DNA from: Longimicrobiales bacterium
GTDB lineage: Bacteria; Gemmatimonadota; Gemmatimonadetes; Longimicrobiales; Gaopeijiaceae
NCBI GenBank assembly: GCA_965202805.1
Contig: OZ241869.1
Coordinates: 608,001 to 672,000 of the forward strand
Length of the DNA stretch: 64,000 nucleotides
Direction of reading: 5' to 3'
The notes beneath the pieces were generated by a model that was not told the DNA's origin, searched no databases, and worked only from the letters and a program-made list of their open reading frames with translations. Made by a program: the position numbers and the translations under genes. How positions within the stretch are numbered: the first letter of the stretch is position 1; each line of letters opens with the position of its first letter. Of the stretch, positions 55,104 through 64,000 are shown piece after piece.

Positions 55104-57563
55104 TCACCAACTGTGTTCCACAGCCACGGACAGTTCCCGCGGCCGCCCGAAAACCAACTCGATGTAAGCTGCGGAAGTCGCGAACGCGGAGTTGCCGGTT
55201 ACCAGGTAACGCTCGTTCGTCAGATTCCGGGTCGCAGCCACGATCGCCCATCGGCCATCGCCGGTTCCGACGGCCACGGACGCGTTCAGCAGGTGGTAGT
55301 CGTCCTGAAAGAGCTGGGGCGTGTTGATCGCGTCATGGTGCTGCGCTCCAGTGAACAGCCAACTCACGCGGGGCGTCACGACCACGCCGCGCGGAGCGCC
55401 GATCTCCTTCGCGACAGTCACCGAGTGGCTCCGATTCGGTGTCTTGGCGAGCCGGTAGCCGGGAAGCACGGGGGTCGCGTTGTTCAACACGCTCGGACTG
55501 AGGCTTTCGTAGCCGGCCCGCATCGCACCCAGGCTGGCCCGAACGTCCCAGCCGCCGCCCGGCACCCACGCGGCCTCCAGTTCGGCGCCCCGGATGTCGG
55601 CGGACCCTCCGTTGAAGGTGATCGGGTTGAACGATTCGCGCACGATGATCTGGAGATCCTCGTAGTCGGCGTGGAAGAGCGCGAGGTTGATCCGCGCCCG
55701 GCCGCCGGCCAGGAGCGACTTGAGGCCGACCTCCCAGCTATGGACCGTTTCCGGCATAAACATGCCGGGGGCTGCGGCCGCGGAGTTGGGTTCGTTGCCA
55801 AGATAGCGTACGTCGTATCCTCCGCTCTTGAACCCCTCGGAGAAGCCCGCATAGCCCATTACAGCGGATGTGAAGTGGTACCCAAGCTTGGCGGTGACGG
55901 TCAGCGCGCGGAAGTCCTCTTGGAAGTGCCTCTGCGGGAGCATGCGGTCACCTGGGCGCATGGGACCGGTGGGCGAGACATACACGCCCGCCAGCAGCGG
56001 CCAGGTGGGACCGAAGATGCTGCCGGCGCCCTGCGAGGCGTCGCCCCGGGCATAGTTGTCGGGGCGGAGCCCCTTCCGGTCCATCGTGTAGCGGCCGCCG
56101 ACCGTCAGCGACAATCGGTCGGTCAGGTCACCCGTAACCTGTGCGAAGCCGGCAACGGAGGAGTTGTCGTAGTCGCCCCCGCTGCTGAGGGCCCCGGGCG
56201 GCACGATGACATCGGTCCGCTGATACCCGGATTCCCGGAAGAGGTAGAGGCCGGTCTGCCAGTGCACCCTCCCTCCGCCGGCGATCCCGCCAAGCTGGAG
56301 TTCCTCGCTGAGTTGCGCGTGGTCGAGCAGCTCCTGGGTGGACAGGATGTTCGCGGGAGTGTTGTCGGCGTCGCGGGACGCCGACAACCGCATCCCCCGA
56401 TAGCCCGTGAGCGATTTCAGGGTGCCCCACTCGCCCAATGTCCAGGTCAGTTCGGCGCTTCCGCCCCATGAATCGAGATCGGCGAAAGCGGGAAAGCTCC
56501 CCTCGGCGAGGTATTCCCCGGCGAAGCTGTCCGGCCCGAAGCAGCCTTCGGCCCCGCCGGCGCCGTTTCCCGGAGGAGGGAACGAAGGCGGTCCGTCCCC
56601 GGGAAAATCGGGATTGATCCGCACGGCGGTACATTCGTCGAGCAGCGCATTGCCGAAGGTCCCGAACGCCATCAGGTCGTTGACTCCACCCGAAACCGTC
56701 GGTGCGCCGTTCTCCCTCTGCCGGGTGTAGTCCGCCGTCGCGAACAGCTCCGCGCCGTCCCGAGGCCGCCACACCAGCGAGACCCGCGTGGCCTGAGCGT
56801 TGTCGTCGCCCATGTCGAGGCCGTCGTGAATGCGCGTCACATAGCCGTCCCGGTGTCGGTGGGACACTGTGGCGCCCGCTGACAGCCGGTCCGCCAATCG
56901 ACCGCTCAGGGCTGCGGTCACGTTGGTCATGCGGTCGTTGCCGAAGGTCGCGCGGACGCTTCTTCGCGGTATCTCTCCGGGCCGTCTGGAGTGCAGCGAC
57001 ACGGCGCCTCCCATCGCGTTGCGCCCGAACAGCGTACCCTGCGGCCCGCGCAGCACTTCCACGCGCTCGACGTCGAGGAGTTCCATGACCGCTCCGACCG
57101 AACGCGCCATGTAGATCCCGTCCACGTAGACCGCGACCCCGGGGTCCGTCACGGGAAGGTAGTCCGTCTGCCCCATGCCACGGATGAAGATCTGCGCCGC
57201 CGACTTGGTGCCCGCGAACGCACCGGACGAATTGAACGTGAGGTTGGGGGTGATGTACGTGAGTTGGTCGGTCGCGCCGATGTGCCGATCCTCAAGGTCC
57301 CTGCCCGAGAACGCCGAAATGGCGACCGGGACATCCTGCACGGGCTCGGCCCGGTTCCGGGCGGTAACGACGATCTCTTCGAGCGCGACCACGGTGTCAG
57401 GGCGCGGCAGAGTGTCTTGTGGGAGTGTGGTCGCGCGTAGGGTGCTCCACGCGGCAGCAAGGCCGGAAACACCCGAAGCGGAGAGAGCCGGGGCGGTCAA
57501 GAAGGACGCCGCCGCGATCAACAGCGCCGCCGCAGGAGATCTGCCCGAGATGCGTGAATTCAT
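55104..57563 (-). CDS. TonB-dependent receptor
   Basis: EEIVVTARNRAEPVQDVPVAISA, VEVLRGPQGTLFGRNAMGGAV, terminal Trp. Confidence 0.93.
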   Translation of the reverse strand: MNSRISGRSPAAALLIAAASFLTAPALSASGVSGLAAAWSTLRATTLPQDTLPRPDTVVALEEIVVTARNRAEPVQDVPVAISAFSGRDLEDRHIGATDQLTYITPNLTFNSSGAFAGTKSAAQIFIRGMGQTDYLPVTDPGVAVYVDGIYMARSVGAVMELLDVERVEVLRGPQGTLFGRNAMGGAVSLHSRRPGEIPRRSVRATFGNDRMTNVTAALSGRLADRLSAGATVSHRHRDGYVTRIHDGLDMGDDNAQATRVSLVWRPRDGAELFATADYTRQRENGAPTVSGGVNDLMAFGTFGNALLDECTAVRINPDFPGDGPPSFPPPGNGAGGAEGCFGPDSFAGEYLAEGSFPAFADLDSWGGSAELTWTLGEWGTLKSLTGYRGMRLSASRDADNTPANILSTQELLDHAQLSEELQLGGIAGGGRVHWQTGLYLFRESGYQRTDVIVPPGALSSGGDYDNSSVAGFAQVTGDLTDRLSLTVGGRYTMDRKGLRPDNYARGDASQGAGSIFGPTWPLLAGVYVSPTGPMRPGDRMLPQRHFQEDFRALTVTAKLGYHFTSAVMGYAGFSEGFKSGGYDVRYLGNEPNSAAAAPGMFMPETVHSWEVGLKSLLAGGRARINLALFHADYEDLQIIVRESFNPITFNGGSADIRGAELEAAWVPGGGWDVRASLGAMRAGYESLSPSVLNNATPVLPGYRLAKTPNRSHSVTVAKEIGAPRGVVVTPRVSWLFTGAQHHDAINTPQLFQDDYHLLNASVAVGTGDGRWAIVAATRNLTNERYLVTGNSAFATSAAYIELVFGRPRELSVAVEHSW

Positions 57564-57697
57564 CGCTATTGCTCACTAGGAGTCTGCGCCGCAGGAATCT
57601 CGCACTACTACCTATGGTAGGTTAATACGCCCATGCTACTACTTGTCGTGTGTTCGGGGGCTTTGGATCGTTCTGTGGCGCAAGCTGCCAGTCTCTT

Positions 57698-58972
57698 TCA
57701 ACGAAAGATAGCTGAACCCGGGAGAGATGAGACCCGAGCCCGGGGCCGGTGAGTTGAAGGTCCTCCCACCAACTCGTACACCACGACGTTCTCCACGTCC
57801 ATTTCGTCCCTGAGCACGCCAAGAACCAGCCCTCCGGTCACATCGAGGATTCGGAACCTGGGCGGAGTCCCGACCTGTCCCAGCCACTCCCCGACCGGGG
57901 AAATGACGGTGTACGGCGAGCCCTCTTCCGGGTAGGCCGGCCGGTAGGAGGGCAGCCACACGTTTCCGTCGGCGTCGGCGAAGGGGGAACCGAAGAGCGG
58001 CACCGGCTGGCCGATCATGGCGCGATACCGGGACATGTCTGCCTGAACGATCTCATCGAGCCGGGCCTCGGATACTCCGTAGTTCAACCAGCCGATCATG
58101 CGCTCATATGCCTCGACGGGCTCCAGGAGTTCCTCGGTCAGCAGGGTGGGCTCGGGCCGCCAGCGCACGATCTGCCTTACCGTGCCGTCGGGGAGACGCC
58201 AGGTGATCTCGGGCCTGTCGGACCTCGTTTGGACGAACCGCCCGGTGGCGACCGTGACGTTGCCAACGGCCCGGATGATCGGGTTCATCAGCCCCGACCG
58301 CTCTCGCGGCCAGTGGTCGTACGACGCGACCGTGTCCAAGGCTCCGGTTTCAGTCGCGAACCGGTACATGTGTCCGGCGAGCCACTCCTCCTCTATGTCG
58401 AACCAGGAACGGTGGGGTGTTCGGTGCATCAGCAGCAGCTCGCCGGACGAGCCGATTCCTGCCACACCGAGGTAGCCTAGCCGAGGGAGGCGCGCGATGC
58501 GCGCGACCGAATCGCCGACGAAGAAAGTGAGGCGAGACAGACGACGATCAGGGACGAGGACGCTGTCCTGACCCAGGACGAACATGGAGTAGGGGTAGAT
58601 GACTTCGCCCGGTCCCTCTCCACGGCTGGCGAGGACCTCGTGTGTCGTGCCGTCCGGACTCAAGACGACCACGTCGCTGTTTCCCCGGTCAGCAACGACC
58701 GCGCCTCCATCCGGGAAGAGCCGACCGACGTTGATCCCCTGGAACTCGTAGTCTCCCGGGTTCGCTCCGTGGCGGTACACCGGCTCCTCGGCAAGGACGA
58801 GGTGCGGATCGACCTCGGGCACGCCTGCATACTCGACGATCCGCACGCCGGCGCTGTCCTTGATCTGCATCTGGACATCGGCGGTGCGTTCGTGGTCTCC
58901 GCCGCAGGCCGTCGCAGTGCCGACGACCGACACCGCGAACAGCACGACGCATCCCCAGGGAACGTTCCTCAT
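57698..58972 (-). CDS. Beta-propeller-like lipoprotein
   Basis: ATAC lipobox-like motif, DSAGVRIVE, GEGPGE, RDEMDVENVVVY. Confidence 0.75.
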   Translation of the reverse strand: MRNVPWGCVVLFAVSVVGTATACGGDHERTADVQMQIKDSAGVRIVEYAGVPEVDPHLVLAEEPVYRHGANPGDYEFQGINVGRLFPDGGAVVADRGNSDVVVLSPDGTTHEVLASRGEGPGEVIYPYSMFVLGQDSVLVPDRRLSRLTFFVGDSVARIARLPRLGYLGVAGIGSSGELLLMHRTPHRSWFDIEEEWLAGHMYRFATETGALDTVASYDHWPRERSGLMNPIIRAVGNVTVATGRFVQTRSDRPEITWRLPDGTVRQIVRWRPEPTLLTEELLEPVEAYERMIGWLNYGVSEARLDEIVQADMSRYRAMIGQPVPLFGSPFADADGNVWLPSYRPAYPEEGSPYTVISPVGEWLGQVGTPPRFRILDVTGGLVLGVLRDEMDVENVVVYELVGGPSTHRPRARVSSLPGSAIFR

Positions 58973-59051
58973 GATACGCCTCCCTGTGACGGAGTTGATT
59001 GGGGCTCGACCTTTCCAACACTCGGAGAATAGGCAATCCGGATGGCCTCTC

Positions 59052-59525
59052 ATAGCCCTGGCAAGGCGTACTCATGTCTTCCGGCTGTCGTTGGCCTGCC
59101 TGGCCGTATTGCCCTGGCAGGTTCAGGCGCAGGAGGCACCGGGCCGTCAGGAGGAACCGGGCCTCTTCGTGCTCGAAGCCGGGATCGTCGGCGGCAACAG
59201 CGTTGCGTGTCCCGGACACTACGTCGGCATCAGCGGGCGGGTCGCGGGGCCGGTGTCGCTGTACGGGATGGTGGAGAACTACCGTTGCGTCGACTTCGCC
59301 GGGTCGGCCAACCGGATCGGCGCGTCAGTCCGGCTCGGACGTTCCAGTTGGCTCGTTCGCCCGGCGTTGCGCGCGGGCATCGAGTACGACGGAGGGAACG
59401 TCTTGCCAACCGCCGGTGCGAGTCTGACGTTCGGACGTCGCTACGGGGCACGCTTCATCTTCCACGTCGGAGACGAATCCAGCGGCATCGTGCTCTTCCA
59501 GATGGGCGGCTACGTCTCGTTCTGA
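59052..59525 (+). CDS. Small exported beta-barrel-like hypothetical protein
   Basis: Signal-like LSLACLAVLPWQVQA, alternating beta-strand pattern, terminal YVSF; start codon unclear. Confidence 0.55.
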   Translation: MALARRTHVFRLSLACLAVLPWQVQAQEAPGRQEEPGLFVLEAGIVGGNSVACPGHYVGISGRVAGPVSLYGMVENYRCVDFAGSANRIGASVRLGRSSWLVRPALRAGIEYDGGNVLPTAGASLTFGRRYGARFIFHVGDESSGIVLFQMGGYVSF

Positions 59526-59709
59526 GCCATCCACGACCGGCCCGGAGGCGATTGCTTGGGGATCGCCAATTTTTCGGCTGATCGCTGCGGGACCAGTCGG
59601 TATGCTCCCGGTGAGGTGCCGCATCAATCTCGACGGAATCCTGGGCGTTTCCATGGCGGCATCGGCCTGGCCCCTGCGAGCAGAGAGTCAACCATGACGG
59701 TACGTCAGG

Positions 59710-60342
59710 CTAAGCTCGTCTTCGGGGAAATCGGTTGGAACCAGAATCGGATAGCCCTCCCCAGGCCCGCAGCACCTGACCGGACATGGTTCCCTCAACG
59801 GCTTCGACGTAAAAACGTGCGCATTGTTCGGCGGTGACCAGACCCAATCCCTGTCGTCCAGGTTCAACAACAGGCGCGGGGCTCACGACATTCACCCGAA
59901 TCCCTCGTGGCATCAAGCGTGCAACATTTTGCACATAGGTATCGACCGCCGCATTCAGTGGACCGATCGCAATGCTGGCCGGGTTCGGATAGTGGCTGAG
60001 GAAGCCGCTCGTCAATGTAAACGAGCCATTGTCTCGAATGCTGGCCTGCCCGAGTCTCACTAGCCGAATCTGACCGAGGAACTTACGGTCGAACCCGTAC
60101 CGATAGTCGGCACTGTCCAGCTGTTCGAATTTCTTGAAAACGCCATCGCCGCCCACGACGGCAACGAGGGCATCGAACGGACCAACCGCTCCAAACATTT
60201 CCCTCACCGAATCCGCATTCGTGTAGTCACACTGAATGTCACCGCTCGTTGTACCAATGCGAACAACTTCGTGGTTGTTGGAGACTGCGATGTCTATCTT
60301 GCGTCCAATGGTGCCGGACGCGCCAACTATGATTACCTTCAT
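59710..60342 (-). CDS. Short-chain dehydrogenase/reductase
   Basis: VGASGTIG, GSFTLTSG, GIRVNVVSP. Confidence 0.88.
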   Translation of the reverse strand: MKVIIVGASGTIGRKIDIAVSNNHEVVRIGTTSGDIQCDYTNADSVREMFGAVGPFDALVAVVGGDGVFKKFEQLDSADYRYGFDRKFLGQIRLVRLGQASIRDNGSFTLTSGFLSHYPNPASIAIGPLNAAVDTYVQNVARLMPRGIRVNVVSPAPVVEPGRQGLGLVTAEQCARFYVEAVEGTMSGQVLRAWGGLSDSGSNRFPRRRA

Positions 60343-60533
60343 TAGTTTTCTATCCTCGCCGGGGTCGCCGTGGAAAACATCTCATCAACCTGCCATACTC
60401 TGGGCACATGTCCTCCAGGTCTCCTGGTTATCTAACGAATTATAGGACTAGTCGGTTCGATGCCCCAAGTCAAGTTCACAAGCACGGATTCTGGCTCCGA
60501 CGCGCTCCGTCGTCAGATTTGAGCGGGACCGTT

Positions 60534-60659
60534 TCAATCACGATCGGCGTTCGGTGGGGGGTGGCCGTTGATGATGACGTCGCAGCAGTCTCCTCGACAT
60601 CCACTGACCGCCGCGATGGCGAACAACGCCAATGGCGTGACCGGTGTGCGAGATCCCAT
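60534..60659 (-). pseudogene. Short lipoprotein-like ORF, probably a truncated gene
   Basis: MGSRTPVTPLALFAIAAVSGC... 41 aa, GAGGAG upstream. Confidence 0.35.
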
Positions 60660-60692
60660 CCTCTTCTCCTCGCGCAATCCTGCCCCTCGCCG

Positions 60693-62528
60693 TCACCCTC
60701 CGGCCCCCGCCGTTCCTCCTCCCACGGCGAAGCTGAGTCCGGCCCGGGTGGTTTCGATCGGGACGAACAGCGGTGCCGCGCTGCCCCTCTGGTATCCCAC
60801 AAGATAGGTCACCCCGCCCATATCGACTTCCACGGCCAGGTCCCAGAGCGTGTGGAAGTCGCCGCTGGCGCCGTCCGGACGGTTCCACAGGCCGGCGTGG
60901 CGGATGTTCAGCAGCATGTTGTCGGAGACCGGAAGCCGCCACCAGGTCTCGTAGCCGACTCGCCGGAACGTTGCCTCCGGAGTCGAAGGGGGCAGGGTGC
61001 GGGCGCCCGAGTCCGTGGGCTCGCCGGGGCGGACGAGTCCCCGGCCGTAGGCCGCGATCACGTTGAGGCGGGGCGACGCCGCGGGACGGTAGGCGCCCGA
61101 CTGAAGGGTCGGATTGAAGGGCAGCACGTAGGCGAGCCGGGCTTCAGCGGACATGTCGACGGCGTGGAGCCCCTGGTCCGACTGGCCCTTGGCGCTGACG
61201 GTGAGGGGCAGCCAGTCGCCGGGCAGGAGGTTGAACGCCGCGCCGGCCTCCAGGGTCAGACGGTTGAAGCTGGTTTCGGCCCGGGTGGCGACATCGCCCG
61301 ACCACCGGGCCTGCGTGAGCCAGCGGCCGTGGGCCTGCTGCCGGTAGACGCCTCCTTCGAACGACAGGCTCAGGTCCTGGAACCCGCCGCCCGCGGACTC
61401 GTCGCGTGTGAAGGGGTTGGCGTTGAATCGCAGGAACGGCCGCTGTTCCAGGTACTGGCGCTCGACGTCGGAGGGGGCCGGGAGGGGCACGACGAGTTCG
61501 GGCGATTCCCCCGTCACGGGGTTCCCGGCCGGGTCCCGCTTCGCGATCAGCGGCCCGTCGATGTCCTCGCACGCGCATCCGGTGAGGGTAAAGGCCCCGC
61601 GGGGGAGCGTGAGGCGCAGGAACTCGCCGGCCCAGTCCATGTCCAGGGGCGGCAGTTCGATCTCGACCCGGTCGCCCCAGCAGTCGGCCGCCGCGTCGCC
61701 GCATCCTCCGATCCCGATGGACGCCGGGGGATCCAGGGGATGGCAGACGGTGCCGCGCTCGACGACCCGGCAGCGCTCGACCCGCGCGTCCGCGGTCCCG
61801 GTGCCCCCGATCCCCGCGCCCCGACTTACCGCGAACACGAATTCCTCCGTCGACCTGTCGTCGGGGAGAATCACGTCGGCCACGAGATCGGAGACCTCCG
61901 GCGCGCGCGCGTAGAAGTAGAGGTCGACGATCAGGTCCTCCCGGAAACCGGCGCCTCCGGCGAGCTCGGTCTTGGCTCCGACTCCGGGCGCGGGTTCGGA
62001 GTAGAAGACGTCCTGGCCGCTGGCTTGCCGGGGACCCGCCGCCGCCAGCGCCAGGGCCAGGAGCAGCCCGGAGATGCGGCCGGCGTGATGCCGGCACCAG
62101 CGCCGCCACGTCCAGTCCTCGGTGCACAGCCGCTGCAGGTACACCCGGACGCGCTCGTATCCCTTATCCCCGAGGGCGGCGACGCAGCGCGCCCGAAAGG
62201 TCATCAGGGTGTCGTTGTAAGGGGGCGAGATCGGGCAGCTGTCCGCGGACGCCTCGACGAGCTCCACGCATGGACGATCGAGGAAGAGGTCGCTGTCGGG
62301 GTCGGAGACGTGGGCGTAGAGCCCGACGCGTTGGCAGGCGAGCAGAGCGCATTCGCGCACGTCGGATTGGCGGCTCATGGGGTACGGTCGCCCGTCATCC
62401 CCATCTCCCGCAGGAACTGGGACGCATCCTTCAAGTAGCCGTAGTACGTCATCGATCTCGTCAGGGTCAGCGTCTTGCGTGCCGTCGGTTAGCCGCCTGC
62501 CGTCTCTTCGCGCATGCCAAGCTAACAT
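60693..62528 (-). CDS. Hypothetical exported/outer-membrane protein with an unusual N-terminal extension
   Basis: Internal signal-like LLLALALAAAG...ASGQ, beta-rich C-terminal half; true start uncertain (possibly MSRQSD). Confidence 0.6.
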   Translation of the reverse strand: MLAWHARRDGRRLTDGTQDADPDEIDDVLRLLEGCVPVPAGDGDDGRPYPMSRQSDVRECALLACQRVGLYAHVSDPDSDLFLDRPCVELVEASADSCPISPPYNDTLMTFRARCVAALGDKGYERVRVYLQRLCTEDWTWRRWCRHHAGRISGLLLALALAAAGPRQASGQDVFYSEPAPGVGAKTELAGGAGFREDLIVDLYFYARAPEVSDLVADVILPDDRSTEEFVFAVSRGAGIGGTGTADARVERCRVVERGTVCHPLDPPASIGIGGCGDAAADCWGDRVEIELPPLDMDWAGEFLRLTLPRGAFTLTGCACEDIDGPLIAKRDPAGNPVTGESPELVVPLPAPSDVERQYLEQRPFLRFNANPFTRDESAGGGFQDLSLSFEGGVYRQQAHGRWLTQARWSGDVATRAETSFNRLTLEAGAAFNLLPGDWLPLTVSAKGQSDQGLHAVDMSAEARLAYVLPFNPTLQSGAYRPAASPRLNVIAAYGRGLVRPGEPTDSGARTLPPSTPEATFRRVGYETWWRLPVSDNMLLNIRHAGLWNRPDGASGDFHTLWDLAVEVDMGGVTYLVGYQRGSAAPLFVPIETTRAGLSFAVGGGTAGAGG

Positions 62529-62613
62529 GCGTACCCGCGGTCGCCGTCAGCGTCCTGTCATCGAAGTACCCTCGGAGCGGATCCAGTCGTAAAGGTATCG
62601 CATCGCCGCACGT

Positions 62614-62653
62614 CATATGGATTACCATATCGTCGATATGGCAATATGGTAAC
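62614..62653 (-). promoter_or_regulatory. vapB-type promoter/operator, copy D
   Basis: catatggattaccatatcgtcgatatggcaatatggtaac, 38/40 identical to copy C. Confidence 0.8.
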
Positions 62654-62748
62654 CACTCCCGCACCCTTCCTCCCTTGTGCCTCCCGCCACCCCATCGGCA
62701 ACCTCCACCCGACTCCCCGACCCTCATCCCCGACCCCGGGAGACCCCC

Positions 62749-63432
62749 ATGCGACAACCCTCTCCATTCCCGGAACGAATCGAACGTGCGGTGATCGCGG
62801 TCATCTGCCTGGATCTGGTGTTCCAGACCGCGGAGACGGTGGATGCCCTGGCCGGTGCGGCGACGTTCTTCCATTGGGCCGGTGTGGGCGTCTGGTTGCT
62901 CTACACGGTCGAGTGGTGCGTTCGCATCCGGCGGGCGGAGAACTGGAAGAAGTATGCGTTCAGCTTCATGGGGATCGTGGACTTCCTGGCCGTCCTGCCG
63001 TTTTGGGCGTTCACGGGATTCGATCTGAAGGCGCTTCGTGCCTTTCGCCTGTTTCGCCTCTTCGTCTCGACGGCCAAGCTCGCCACCCGCACCAGCGCCG
63101 TGGTCAAGCTCGCGAGGGCGTTCCGGTTCGCCATGGACGAGGCCGGTGCGCTGTTCGCGGGCACGTGCATCCTGGTGATTACGGCCGGGTTGGGCATGTA
63201 CCACCTCGAGCACGACGTGCAGCCCGGGGTCTTCAGCTCGGTGTACGATGGCCTGTGGTGGGCGGTGGTCACCCTGACGACGGTCGGCTACGGCGACATC
63301 CAGCCCGTGACCGGCGGCGGCAGGATCCTGGCCACGGTGGCGATGTTCGCCGGCATCGGGGTCATCGGATCGGCGTGCGGGATCATGGCGGACGCGCTGC
63401 GGGAGGCGGGGGACGGGAAGCGGGCGGCGTAG
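62749..63432 (+). CDS. Voltage-gated potassium channel-like ion transporter
   Basis: S4-like LRAFRLFRLF; pore WWAVVTLTTVGYGD. Confidence 0.92.
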   Translation: MRQPSPFPERIERAVIAVICLDLVFQTAETVDALAGAATFFHWAGVGVWLLYTVEWCVRIRRAENWKKYAFSFMGIVDFLAVLPFWAFTGFDLKALRAFRLFRLFVSTAKLATRTSAVVKLARAFRFAMDEAGALFAGTCILVITAGLGMYHLEHDVQPGVFSSVYDGLWWAVVTLTTVGYGDIQPVTGGGRILATVAMFAGIGVIGSACGIMADALREAGDGKRAA

Positions 63433-63575
63433 GGGACGGGCTGCGCATGCCGGTTGTCGACTTGGAGCGAGCCTCTGGCCCAGAAGCCAAATGGGCACCT
63501 ACCTTGCGAAATATGGAGAAGTGCTACCCGCAACCGCGACCTGAAGATGTCAGGTGGCAGCCCTCGAGGTAGAAC

Positions 63576-64000
63576 ATGGATTCCCGCGAAGACTACAACT
63601 GGCCGCCGCTGCACCGCGCTGCGGTGGAGGGAGACACTGAAACCCTGTCGACGCTTCTGGAGACAGGTTCCAACGCGGATGCGCGCGCGAAAGACGGCGT
63701 GACTCCGTTGCACCTTGCTGCCAGCGCGGAAATCGTTGAGATCCTGCTGAACGCGGGGGCGGATGTGAACGCGCGGGCATCGAACGGTCGGACGCCGCTT
63801 CATTACGCAATGCTGAAAGGAAATAGTGAGGTTCTGGACGCCTTGCTGGAAGCGGGTGCGGACCTGGATCCGCGAGACGAGAACGGCGCGACACCCCTTC
63901 ACGCTGCGGCGTACGAAGGAAAGGACGACCTTATCGCGCAGTTGCTGGAAGCGGGCGCGGATGCGGACGCGCGTGCGAACGAGCAGGAACAAGTGCTCCT
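63576..64000 (+). CDS. Ankyrin-repeat protein (3'-truncated by window edge; not in the ORF track)
   Basis: PPLHRAAVEG, DGVTPLHLA, LLNAGADVNAR..NGRTPLHYA, NGATPLHAAA. Confidence 0.92.
   Translation, partial: MDSREDYNWPPLHRAAVEGDTETLSTLLETGSNADARAKDGVTPLHLAASAEIVEILLNAGADVNARASNGRTPLHYAMLKGNSEVLDALLEAGADLDPRDENGATPLHAAAYEGKDDLIAQLLEAGADADARANEQEQVL

Noticed and set aside
28054..62653. The repeated 40-bp palindromic motif as a CRISPR repeat
   Set aside because: Copies are 4.7-21 kb apart with no spacer-sized intervals and no cas genes; two copies are clearly the vapB promoter.

Overview
GC-rich bacterial chromosome segment. The gene repertoire (SupA-type PKS, Ig/LRR lipoprotein, ankyrin protein, Rpn remnants, propeller lipoprotein, TonB receptors) suggests a marine, probably sponge-associated Gemmatimonadota-like bacterium; this is inference only. 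Housekeeping genes (moaA, mdh, dcd, FKBP) are followed by a ~35 kb defence island (~6.1-41.3 kb). It holds Rpn and HigA remnants, an SBD-HNH-type endonuclease, McrBC, a type I RM operon with a Rad50/RloC-like ATPase inserted between hsdM and hsdS, a GIY-YIG nuclease, IS481/IS3/IS21 relics, a low-GC three-gene cassette, a ~195-nt rod-like hairpin, an AbiV-like gene, an unknown REase-fold gene, Mrr, and a Zorya type I-like operon bracketed by two ~98% identical vapBC copies. Downstream are a SupA/SupB-like PKS and ACP between two TonB-dependent receptors, exported proteins, a K+ channel and a partial ankyrin gene. The most unusual signal is a 40-bp palindromic promoter/operator (CATATGGATTACCATATCssCGATATGGsAATATGGyAAC, central bases variable) present four times. 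Twice it drives vapBC, once an AbiV-like gene and once an unrelated exported-protein gene, and a duplicated gene tail links two of these units. This points to a mosaic of TA-promoter-headed cassettes with exchanged defence cargo.
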